Translations under genes and position numbers: made by a program
Shown here: piece by piece, positions 52,846-64,000 of the stretch
Layout of the letters: each line of letters begins with the position of its first letter
How positions within the stretch are numbered: position 1 is the stretch's first letter
The notes under the pieces: generated by a model
Told to the model about the DNA's origin: nothing
What the model saw: only the letters and a program-made list of their open reading frames with translations
Database searches by the model: none
DNA from: Callorhinchus milii
Taxonomy: Eukaryota
NCBI RefSeq assembly: GCF_018977255.1
Contig: NW_024704743.1
Coordinates: 64,606,001 to 64,670,000, forward strand
Length of the DNA stretch: 64,000 nt
Reading direction: 5' to 3'

Positions 52846-53207
52846 ATTAATAATCCTTGCATTTGATATAGCACCTTATCACGTCTTCAAACGATCACAA
52901 AGCGTTTCACAGAATAATTGTAAAATGATTTGACTGTATATTTTGTGGGCAAAACACAGAGTCAATTGCACACAGCAGTGTTCCACAAACAGTCATGGAT
53001 TGAGTGACCATATTTTTTAAAAAGAGGGTATTACCCCCATAAAGCAATCCACCAATTGACTAACAACCAGGTTCCTACTTACTGCTGGGTAAACAGAGGC
53101 GTGTGGAGTAAGGAAACTTGCCTAACGTTTCGCCCTGCCCAGGAATCGAACCTAGGTCCTCTCGCTTGTGAGGCGAGTGCTCTAACCACCGAGCTACAGG
53201 ATTCCAC
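52846..53207 (-). mobile_element. tRNA-SINE, long form
   Basis: Full reverse-complement copy with internal segment. Confidence 0.9.
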
Positions 53208-53557
53208 TGGTCATTTGAATTGTAGATCTTGCTAATGTACACTTATATTGAGTGAAATTCCATTGTAGTCACACAGTGTCAAAGTCAGTGATGCAGTATT
53301 TGAATTATATAATAATAAAAATAATAATAATCCTTTCATTTGATATAACACTATGTTGGGAGGACATCTCAAAGTATTTCACAGGATTTTCTGTAAAGTG
53401 TAGTGACTATGTATTTTGTAAGCAAACAAAATGTGGTGAAAACTTCCTTCACCAGAAAACGCTACTTAAGCTAAGATCTAAAATATGTTTCTCTGTATTT
53501 TCGAGGTGTCCAACAAAGACATTTAAATAAATGATTGGTGTCCACAAGATTCCATCG

Positions 53558-54456
53558 AACAATAAAACAACAAATTACATTTGTAAGCGCCTTTCACTTC
53601 GAGAGGGCGTCCCAAGGCGCTGGACAATCAGGGATTTGGACCCAAGCATGAGGTTGGGAAAAGGGGGGGGTGGAAGGCAAGGAGGTTAGGATTAGGAAGG
53701 TGGCCGAAGGAGCGGTTGAAGAGGAGCATCTTGAGACATGTCTTGAAGGAGAGAGCAAGGCGAAGGGACTGTGGGATGGAGTTCCAAAGGGTGGGGGCAG
53801 AATGGCTGAAGGCCGACCATCCATGGTTGGGAGGCCAGGCGGGGGACGTGGAGCAGGCCACAGCCTGCTGAGTGAAGGGAGCGGACATGTTGATATGGAG
53901 TTAGCAGGTCACAGAGGTAGGAAGAGGCAAGGCCATGGAAGGCCTTGATGGCAAGGACGAGGATTTTGAACTCTATCCTCTGGGGCATGGGGAGCCACTG
54001 GAGCCGGGTGAGGGTGGGTTTGATAGGGTCACGGAGCCAGGTTCGGGAAAGGACATGAGCTGCAGAGTTCTGGATGATCTGCATCTTGTGGAGGGAATAG
54101 TTGGGAAGGCTGACAAGCAGGGAGTTGGCGTAGTTGAGCCTAGATGTAATAAATGCATGGATGACGATTTCATCGGCGTGAGGGATAAGACAGTGGCAGA
54201 GCTGGGTGATGTGGCAGAGGTGGGGGAAGACAGAGCGGGTCAAGGTACAGATGTTGGGTAGAAAGGACAGTTGAGGGTCAAGCAAGATGCCACGGTTCCA
54301 GACTGGCTCAGTGAGGTGAAGTGTGCATCCATGGATGGTGATGCTGTAGGTGCCTGAGGTGAGGAGGTGCTGACGGGAGCTAATCAGGAGAACCTCGGTC
54401 TTGTTCACGTTCAACTGAAGAAAGTTAGCTCTCATCCAGGACTTGATGTCTGACAG
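53558..54456 (-). mobile_element. L2 LINE 3' fragment with a 247-codon open ORF2 C-terminal frame
   Basis: ORF 53692-54435: NFLQLNVNKTEVLLI...IHAFITSRLNYANSLLVSLP...IQNSAAHVL...LQWLPMPQRIEFKILVLAIKAFHGLASSYLCDLL. Confidence 0.93.
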
Positions 54457-55325
54457 ACTTGATCAAGGTTGAATCCTATCCCTCGATCCTATAAATGTGC
54501 AATTTCAGACTATGGACAATGTTAGCTGAGCAATGTAACAAAGCAGTTGCAAATACAGATTGCTGATGTGAGGAATGACCATGAGCAGATGAAATAGTGC
54601 AATGAGTCGTGATTTCATTACATTAAGGGAGCAGGAACAAGGAAGAGCCTGCAGGAGAGATTATTTTGAGTCTGAAGCAAATGTAGAAATTATTATCTAA
54701 AATAAATAAAGCTAAAAAAAATTGCAATGAAGAGAAAATGGTTGGAAATTGGAAAAATTTTCAAGAAGTGAACCACCTATCAGACCACAACAATCCACCT
54801 CTTTCATTACTATTCCATCATAAGTGAAATGTTAACTGATGTGTGTATCTGTTATATGACTACAATACAAATTTACATTTATATAGTGCCTTTTACATCA
54901 GGAGAATCCCACAAACAGTATAATATTAATAATATTGTTGGTTTATATATGATGAAATTATGACTATATTTTTTTGAATTATAATATTAATAATATCAGT
55001 ATCACAGCATAACACAGAAAATCAAAACCTTGTAAATATATTTCATAATTATGTAAGAAACGTATTATACTATAGTTTATTTATTAGTTGTATACCTTTC
55101 AATAGCAGTTTAATGTGTCTTTCGTACAGATTACTCCTCACACCTACATCCTTATTGTGTTCAAATCACAATGCGTAACATCATTTTTTGTGCCATGGTA
55201 ATTCCTCAAATCAGGAACCTGTGTTGACAACTGCTATGTTAAATTGGTCAGATAACAATCCTTTAAAAGTAGTGTGACCACTTTAAAAGCAGGAACCATA
55301 TACAGGCCCTGTTACCATTATAATA

Positions 55326-55693
55326 TAATATAATAATCCTTGCATTTGATATAGCGCCTTATCACATCTTCAAAATGTCTCAAAGTGCTTCACAGAATAT
55401 ACTGTGTGTTGACTATATATTTAGTGGACGACATGCAGAAGCCAATTGCGCACAGCAGTGTCCCACTAACAATTTTGAATTGAGTGACCAAATTATTTTT
55501 ATTTATTTTGAAGGAATTATTACCCCAACAAAAGCGATCCATCAATTGACTAACAACCGGGTTCCTACTTACTGTTAGGTAAACACAGGCGTGTGCAGTA
55601 AGGAAACTTGCCCAATGTTTTTGCCCTACCGGGAATTGAACCTAGGTCTCTCGCTTGCATGGCGAGTGCTCTAACTACTAAGCTGCAGGACTC
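55326..55693 (-). mobile_element. tRNA-SINE, long form
   Basis: Full reverse-complement copy. Confidence 0.9.
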
Positions 55694-55780
55694 TTGTCCG
55701 CAGAATATGTTGCTGAAGATACCATCATTCAGTTTTATTTATAAATGAAATGCATTTTAGTAAGACAGGGATACAATACA

Positions 55781-55882
55781 GAACTAAACGTCCTCCCAAC
55801 GTGAACTAATCGTCCTCCCGACGGGACGTCCTCCCGACGTGAAAGGCGCTCTATAAATGGAATCTTGTTGTTGTTGTTGTTG
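55781..55882 (+). mobile_element. Minimal L2 tail with reiterated 5' junction
   Basis: Three copies of CGTCCTCCC(A/G)ACG, then TGAAAGGCGCTCTATAAATGGAATC(TTG)n. Confidence 0.85.
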
Positions 55883-56809
55883 TAATCAACATACCCAGTC
55901 AATGCATTATATAATAGCGAGCATTAGCTGTAGAAGACCAAATTATTTTATCGGATATAAATTAAACACATTTGCCTTGAGTATTGGTTTTGTTTCAGCA
56001 AATGTTTCGGTTAATTGAAATTATTGGTAAATTTAGGAATTAAATTAGTCGGATTTAATTGTTCCATGAATCAATTCCTGTCAAATAAACAGCGAAACAT
56101 GGATATTTTTATGTAATATTGTACACTCATAGAATGTTACTAATGTGCTCTCCTTCAGAACAAAAGCCATTATGATAATCAGTAGATTTTCTCATCAATT
56201 TAACTAACTACGTTTAAAGTACTGCCTTGTAACAATTTATGATTTGGTGTTATGACAGCCCTACTATATTTGAAATGAGTTTTTCTGTGACTAAACTTGC
56301 AATGTAGCCTTGTTACATTGAAACACATTTCTAAAATGTAGGGACGTTTGTAATTAGGTGTAAACATCTCTTTCATAAAGTGGCTTATTGCATTTTGACA
56401 TAAATCTTATGTACAAAACATTACAAATTCCAGTTTTGTTTCACCATTACATTTGTTGATTTAAGTTACATTTACAAGATTATCTACAGCGAAATCATTT
56501 TAAATATACCAGAGCAGGAAAACACCTGATCATAAATTATTCATTACTTTCAAAGTGAATAAATCCCTATTCCAGTTCATCATGCTATATTCTCATTTTC
56601 CCTTTATTTATGAAGCGATTATTAGTCACTCATTGCCTTTTCTCCATTTTACCCCTTCTTTCCTCTTTGTTCATCTGGATTAAGATCAATACCCTATTCT
56701 AGGCAGCCCCAGCTAATTTTTCCATGTCAGTCAATCCTGTATTAGTTGAACATTTTAGCTTGAGAAAAAAGTGATCCTTAACAGTTGCAAACAGCAGTGT
56801 CCTCACTGG

Positions 56810-57100
56810 GGGCAGAGGTGTTACTGACTTCCTACTCAGTAGATTATGGGTTCAAGACCCATATTGGAACTTTAAGGTCATAGTCCAAACTGACACTCCA
56901 AAGCTGAGGGAACAGCACGGTCAGAGATGTCGTCCTTTGGATGAGACATTAAATGGATATCCTCTCTGTCTGTTTGAGTGGATGTCAAAGTTTCCATGGC
57001 ACTATTCAAAAAGTGAAGGGAGAGTCTCCAGGCCAACAATCCTTCAGATAAAAAAAGAACTGTTCATTTATTTGATAGCTATATGTGGGTCATTGCTGTG
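56810..57100 (+). mobile_element. DeuSINE
   Basis: AGAGATGTCGTCCTTTGGATGAGACATTAAA...TTCCATGGCACTATTCAAAA. Confidence 0.75.
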
Positions 57101-60100
57101 AAGGATAAGTAGTATTGTTCCAAATATGTTATATGTATATTGAGAGAGTTGCAGAGAAAATTACTAGGAAACAAATCAAAAGTTGCTTCAGCTATTTGAT
57201 AAATTATGTCTGAGCTGTAAGACAATGAATAACATATAAAATGCAATTGACTATGAGGAGGGAACCTTGCATAACAAAAGATAACTTCTGCAATTATTAG
57301 TTTGAGTAAGCAGATTAGGAGATTTCTGAGAATTTTATTTTCTCAAAGACCTTCAATAAAAAAGACAGTCATTAAGGTAATTGTCCCCAAGGTTTTCTTT
57401 TGTTTCTAATGCCTAGTCTGACTGCAAAACATTGACTTTTAAAAGGCTGATTGTAATATCTCATGAGAGGTTGGAATTTTTTTAATGATAATGTTTTCTG
57501 AGAAACCTCGTGATATGTCCCTTATTCAAAACTCCAGCTGGTGACATTTGCGTTCAAGCAATTTACAAGTGCTTTGGGACCTTACCCTGCATGAGGGGCA
57601 CTATATAAATGCAAGTTGTTGTTGTTACAGTTCTTTCCGCAAATGAATATCCTTCTTGGTATAATATTGTAAAATAATTATTCATCCCAATTTTCCTCAC
57701 TTCTGTTTACTCCATTTAACATATCACAGTAACAAATGGGTGGATGAGACAAAAATATTTGACAGTGAGAGGAATATTTTGGAAACATCTGCATACTTGT
57801 TACACTAATGATTTTGCTATTGATTTCCTTGAAAACCACATAAAACACTATCTGTACTAAACCACCAAATTTGTACAGTAAGAGGAAATTAAAGTCTTAA
57901 ATACATTTTACTAAAATAGTTTTAAATGCTACAGATTAGTTTTTAATAGACCTGACTCTTCCTCCCTATTTCCATCACAGTTCAGACTATATATTGATAA
58001 ACAGACTGGATAGGAATATGAATCTAGTATTTAGATTTATTGCAAAGACACATTTAGTGGCAAGAGAGCTTTAATCATGTTCAATTACCACTGAGTTCTA
58101 ATGTACAATTTTCCAAGCCATTGCTTTTTACCTTAATAACAGCAGTAAGTTAAGTCATCCAGGCATGGGGTGTCAGTAATGAACTGAGTTAAGTGCTGGA
58201 ACAAGCTGGAAATAAAGTCCATGACCCATATCAGTCACATATAGTGCTACTAATGGTAAAGTTGATTGAAAATTGGTGAGTGGTGATATAAGAAATCCCA
58301 GCTTCACATTCTCATTGGCTGAGAGAAGGACCAGACCCTGGAGGTGGCAGTGTGTAGGAAGATCTACCAAATCTTCACATGATATGGGTGTCATAATACA
58401 ACACATGCTGGGACTTTGAACTCACAGTCTAGGCTGACACTCCAATGCAGAGCCCAGAGTGTGTTGCAAATATCAGACCTATGTAACATGGAAACATTAT
58501 CTTACAAGTGGGAAAACCTGACTGGTTACAAGATATCCAGGATGAGTAGTTATCAGTGAATCATAATTAATATTTCTAATGGGAAATAGCTGGAATAATG
58601 AGTATGTGACGAGTTATGTGTGGTTGATTCCCTACCCAAGGGGTAAGTAATCAGAGTTTCACTGTAAATGTAAATTGTACAGTAGTGTATATATAACCTC
58701 TGGCAAATATAGCATTATGAAATCTTCCTGCACATCAACAATGCATTTAAATAGCACCTTGCACCAAGGATAGTGTCTTGGCGTGCTGCACAGTGGCACT
58801 GTTGAATACCAAATGAGGAGGAGGGGGGGGTCAAAGAGTCGGTGAGGTCAAAGAGGTAAGTCTTAAGGTAGGATTTAAGCATCATCAACAGAATGCAGAG
58901 GAGATGAAAATAACATTCTTAAAACATATTTGAAACAAAATTAGTTTGATTTTTATTATGTACATTACCCTTTTTAAACATTGCTACTCTCAGCAAATAA
59001 ACAGCAAAATATCCATTTTGATATATTAATATCAAAGATTTTGGCACAGACAGTGAAACAAATATCTCTCAGCTTTTCCAGAACCATTTCATTTCCAAAT
59101 ACAAGATGATGTGAACTGTCAGTGGATTACTGGGAATATGTTGCATTGCTGGAAGCCTGTCTTTTGGATAAAATATTAAACCAAGTTCCTATTTGCCTGC
59201 TCGTCAGGAAGTTAAAGATCCTAAGATTTCTCCCAGTATCCTGGACAGCGGTCCTCTGGATTCATTGGTCATCCTCCGCACGGATATTTATGGGGACTGC
59301 CCACCATGCTTGCCACCAAAAACATTACACTTAACTGTTATTATTGTAAGATGCTCTGAGATGATTTAACATGAAAAGCAGTTCTTTCTTTCTTAATGAT
59401 AACCCCAAAAAGAATGTCAATATGACATTGACATTTCCCAGACAATTTACCACTCCAGCCTTGGAGTGGGTTTGACCAATTATTACCAAATTATGAGCAA
59501 TTTTGTACTGAGGCATGGAGTCCACTAGAAATTATGTAGATAATAATCTTCACAACTATCCGAGGACGGAAATTGGTATTTGCCTGGGCTGCATTTGAAC
59601 TCAGGACTGTGTTTGCGCCAAACAGATTTCCTTTCCTTCCTCTCCATTTTCTGGAAATGTGTTTAAAAATAATAATGAAACAAATGTGAAGCACAGAACA
59701 TCATCAGTAAAATCTTCACATAAGCAGTTGGCTTCTTTTGTTCGATTTTTATGCAAAATGTCTGCAATCTCGAGGTTTAAAAGCATTATTTTAGATTTCC
59801 TACATCACGGAGCATTGATTTGGGATGCAGACTCTTCAACAGTCTTACTGTAGCCTTTTATCCTTAGGGAGTGAGCTACTTCTTTCAGGTTCCATTAACA
59901 GCACTTCCTGGAAACTGCTTCTCAGCAACCATCAATGTCAATGTTAATTTGCCTGTGATAGGGGAAGCAACCATTGCTAGAGAGAATATGCATCAAGTAC
60001 AGATCGGGAATACATGAATTTTTAATTCCTTTGAATAAAAGCTCCAGGGGCAATACAACAAAGCATTTCTCTCAGCTTCTTTCCAAGATTTTTACATTGG

Positions 60101-60518
60101 GATAAAAGTGAAAATATACAGACTCCAAAGGAACTGCAAAATAGTTTGCTGCAGCTGTGAAATGAAGTGCTTTATGTTCCTCTCTGCTTCCCTGAAGTGC
60201 TATGTGTTCTATTTTTCAAATTCAATGCTCATGAGGAACATTTGATCTCAGCTGCTTTGGTCAATATAATATGGAACAGTTCTTTATTGTTAATTCTCAT
60301 CATGGATTCAGTAAAAGGTTTGCAAGCTCCATTGAGACAATTTAATGATATTTAGTATCCTTTAGTCAATTAATCTATTGGTTGGTATCCATCAATATCG
60401 TGCTGTTTAAAAGTGAATTTTATGCTTTCCCAAATTGTATTTAATTGTACATTTCCAGATTCCTGGAAGTAGCTTATCCCTTCTCCATTTAAATCAGTTG
60501 TTACATTAAAGGGAAGTT

Positions 60519-61115
60519 GTCAGCCTGCTCATTTGGTAGGACTTTTGCCTCTGAGTCAGAAGGTTCTGGGTTTACGCCCCACATCAGGACTTTGAGCTCA
60601 CAGTACTTGTGGACACTGCAGGGCTGTGGAGGGGAGTGCTATGTTTCAGAGGTGCCGTCCTTCATATGGGACGTTAAACAAAGATCCCATCTGCCTGTTC
60701 AGGTGGATATTAAAGATTTCATGGCATTATTTGAAAAGGCAAGGGAGTTTTCTCCCAGTGTCCAGGCCAACAATTCCCCGCACCCCCTGCCCAGCCCCCA
60801 CCCCCAAAAAAGAAAGCTCATTTACTATATGGCTGCTTGTGAGACATTACTGTATACAAGTTGCCTGTCCGGTTTTACCCACAAAATACACAGATACTAC
60901 ACTACACAGTAAATCCTGTGGAGTGCTTTGAGATATCAAAAGGCAACATGAAATACATTATGTTAAATGCAAGGTTGATGATAATTATTATTATTGTTAT
61001 TATCATTATTATTATTGAGTTGTTAAACCAAGATCCAAAGCATTTTCTCCTTGTGTCTTGGCCAACAATCCTCCAGTGAAAATTGCTCATTCACTTCATG
61101 GCTGTTTGCGGGACT
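60519..61115 (+). mobile_element. DeuSINE, near full length, plus a second partial copy
   Basis: Head GTCAGCCTGCTCATTTGGTAG, core GAGGTGCCGTCCTTCATATGGGACGTTAAAC...CAGGTGGATATTAAAGATTTCATGGCA, tail to about 61015, partial repeat 61018-61115. Confidence 0.85.
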
Positions 61116-61371
61116 ATTTTCTGTTTTGAATCTTATTTTTTTACTTAAAATGAAATAAAAATAGACTTGCAGTTCAAGGAGGATAGTCAGAATTTAGTCC
61201 AAATTAAATAACATCATTACTTGCCAGTAGTAAAATTGAAGAGTCAACAATGAAATCAACAGCTTTCATTTATATAGCGCACTTCACACAGAATAGTGAC
61301 TTGAAGTGAAAATATACTACATGTATAAACAGGATTAATGATTTAATCACAATGAAGACATGATTTGATTC

Positions 61372-61798
61372 AAAACTCCACAGCCTGTATTCTCACCCGC
61401 ACCAAACTCCACACTCCCATCACCCAGTCCTTGCCAGGCTTCCTATTGCACAATGAATCAACTTCAAATCCTCACACTTACTTACAAATCAATTCATGCC
61501 GTGGCACCTCCCTACCTCTCTGACCTGCTTACACTCCACTCAGCTCTCTCTAACCTCCTACATCACCACTCTTCATCACCACTCCACCAACAGCGGCTCT
61601 GCTTTCAGTCACTAAGCCTCCAATCTCTGGAACTCTTTACCTCAATTCCTTCACATTGACCTCTCCTTGACAATCTTCAGATCACATCTGACGGCACCTA
61701 CAGACACCTCTCTCCTCTCCTCAGTTCGGCGTCAAATTCCACTGTTAAATGCTTTGAGACGCTACTACAGGGCAGTATATAAATGCAAGTTGTTGTTG
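61372..61798 (+). mobile_element. Old L2 3' fragment
   Basis: Reads QILTLTYKSIHAVAPPYLSDLL; tail TATATAAATGCAAGTTGTTG. Confidence 0.8.
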
Positions 61799-62219
61799 GT
61801 GTAAATGCCTTGGTAAGTCACTTCACTATAGACTACAATATGAGATGACTGTAACACAGGCGGGGAATCACCTTCAAGTGAAGAAATTAAAAAAGTAGAA
61901 TTGTGATAATTCAGTTAGCATAGTATGATGGTACTTTTTCTAACATTTTTAAAAAAAGATTATATTTTAATATCTGTTGACTTGTTCAAATAACTTAAAC
62001 AACAATTTCCATTTATACAGCGCTTTTCATGTCAGAAGCATTTCTCAAAGCGCTTCACATGGTTAAACTTACAGTGAAAATTTGCAATGATTCTAAATAT
62101 TGTTGGTTCGAGTACATTGTCTTTCATTTGTTACAGTTTTAAAGAATGATTGATTATTTTCAACCTTATTCAAACACTAAACATCTAATATTACAGAAGA
62201 CAGCTCATAATACTGCCAT

Positions 62220-62318
62220 AGTTCTGACGAAAAGACATTGACCTGAAACGTTAACTCATTTTCTCTCTCCATGGATGCTGCTTGACCTGCTGCGTGTTTC
62301 CAGTGACTCCTGTGTTTA
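62220..62318 (+). mobile_element. Penelope-like terminal-repeat relic with degenerate hammerhead core
   Basis: AGTT-CTGACGA-N14-GAAA-CGTT-AACT followed by TTCTCTCTCCATGGATGCTGCTTGACCTGCTG, a motif I recall from chondrichthyan repeats. Confidence 0.6.
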
Positions 62319-62326
62319 TATCATAA

Positions 62327-62500
<174 letters not shown>

Positions 62501-62646
62501 AGAAAAGATTGTATAGTGAAACAAAAAAAAGCCTTTGTTATTTTGGGTATTAAATAAGACTGAAGAAGTTTTTTTTGTATATAGTATACTGTATTGCATA
62601 CCGTACTTGTATTTAATTAGCTAAATTATTTGTACTAAATTTAAGC

Positions 62647-62652
62647 AATAAA
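62647..62652 (+). terminator. Candidate polyadenylation signal AATAAA
   Basis: First canonical hexamer after the stop (an ATTAAA lies at 62549); actual use unknown. Confidence 0.45.
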
Positions 62653-62949
62653 AGGTGACTAGTATATTTCAAGCATCATAATTTGACCTATTTAATTTTC
62701 AGTGGGTGAAGAAGACTATAGCTTCCAGCAGTTCTCTGCTACTACAACTACACTGTATGATTCAATCAAACTTAACATGAGGATGATAAAAGATTGAAGA
62801 TCCAGAGGTCAAGAAAGCTGTAAAAGTGCATTACCAATATTGGTTGAAGAATTATCACCGTATTAGATTACAATAGCTAAAGTGCAAAAATATAACCTTT
62901 TTTTTGTAGCTATCAATAACTGCTATTCCAGACCATGTCTGGGTTATTG

Positions 62950-63270
62950 GGAGCCCTCGGGGTCAGAAGCTCCATGTCAGAACTTTGAGCTCCTAGCTGA
63001 GGATGATACTCTAATTCAGTACTGGAGAGCACTACAACAAGAGGTGCCATGCTTCAGGTTAGATGTTAACCCAAGGTGTCCACTGCCTATGAGGTGGATG
63101 TTAAAGATCCCAACCTTACTTGGAAAAACAATGGTATCTCAGTCAGCAATCCTATTGATAATATTGATAATTTATGTAGTAGCTTTTTGTGACAAATTGG
63201 CTGCCACATGTGCCTACAAAATACAGTCACTTACACTTTTCAATAATTTCCAATGAAGTACTTTCAAACA
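62950..63270 (+). mobile_element. DeuSINE, degenerate
   Basis: GAGGTGCCATGCTTCAGGTTAGATGTTAACCCAAGG...AGGTGGATGTTAAAGATCCC and shared tail. Confidence 0.72.
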
Positions 63271-64000
63271 GGGGTTAGTATTATGAAGAGATTTCAAGAT
63301 GCTCCCATTGCATACAGCAATTGGAAATTCAAAAGGCTGTTTCCAGCAAGTCAACATGAATTATTTCAATGCTGAATTCTTCATTTATTTTGGTACTTGA
63401 TTTCTCTTCAGTGGTTTATTTTTTCCCTTCTTTTATTGTCTCTCTGTACCAAGCAGAATCCCAAGCCAAGAAAGCTAGCAGGAGGCCTGTATGCAGTTTT
63501 CTGCTTATTTTTCCCTAACAGCAAAGAGCAACCCCAAGTGACTCTGTCCCCCCAAGACTTTTTCTTCTCTCCCTATCAGGAATCCCCTTCTCTCCACTTG
63601 GCATCTTCCGCTGTTAACACGGCTGAGGTCAGTAACTCACTGTAAGGAGAATCACAAAGGCAAACTTATGTTCCATTCGTATGAATGTTCTCCATGTTAA
63701 TTGATGTTTACATGCTTCTCTACCCTGCAGCACAGTGGTAAATGGTAACCGAAACAAATGGTTAGCAAGAGTCAAAATTATTTGTAAATTACAAATCCTG
63801 CAAGTACACGGACAACTCTCAGGTAAACCTCTGGATCTTCCCAGGGATGCCAACCTCTCTCTCTCTTGATCTCCATGAAGCCAGATTGGGTCAAAAAGTA
63901 GGATCCTGGCACTTGCAGATTTTTTTTTCCATTAGATGAACTGGTGCTTTGCCATCTGGGTTGATATTAGTCACATTTCTGTAATTCTTCTAAAAACCTA

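Overview
Eukaryotic, AT-rich, repeat-dense vertebrate DNA. The repeats (DeuSINEs, an L2-tailed tRNA-SINE, L2 and CR1 LINE fragments, a shark-type Penelope-like terminal repeat) suggest a cartilaginous fish, probably a chimaera; this is inference. The window holds one complete + strand gene, VWC2 (Brorin, a secreted neural BMP antagonist). Its three coding exons (7087-7503, 25476-25605, 62349-62500) splice in frame with canonical GT-AG sites to give 232 aa. A CpG/GC-rich promoter and 5'UTR region lies at about 4.7-7.1 kb. Almost everything else is intron filled with retroposons. I found no new multi-gene system. The most notable items are: a degenerate hammerhead-ribozyme core just upstream of the last exon; SINE families with different bodies (Deu vs CORE-like) sharing an L2-derived 3' stem-loop tail; all six full-length 'long-form' SINEs lying antisense to the gene; and several templated rearrangements at insertion junctions (57-bp palindrome, 61-bp duplication, L2-derived 36-bp minisatellite). 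Repeat boundaries were read by eye and are approximate.
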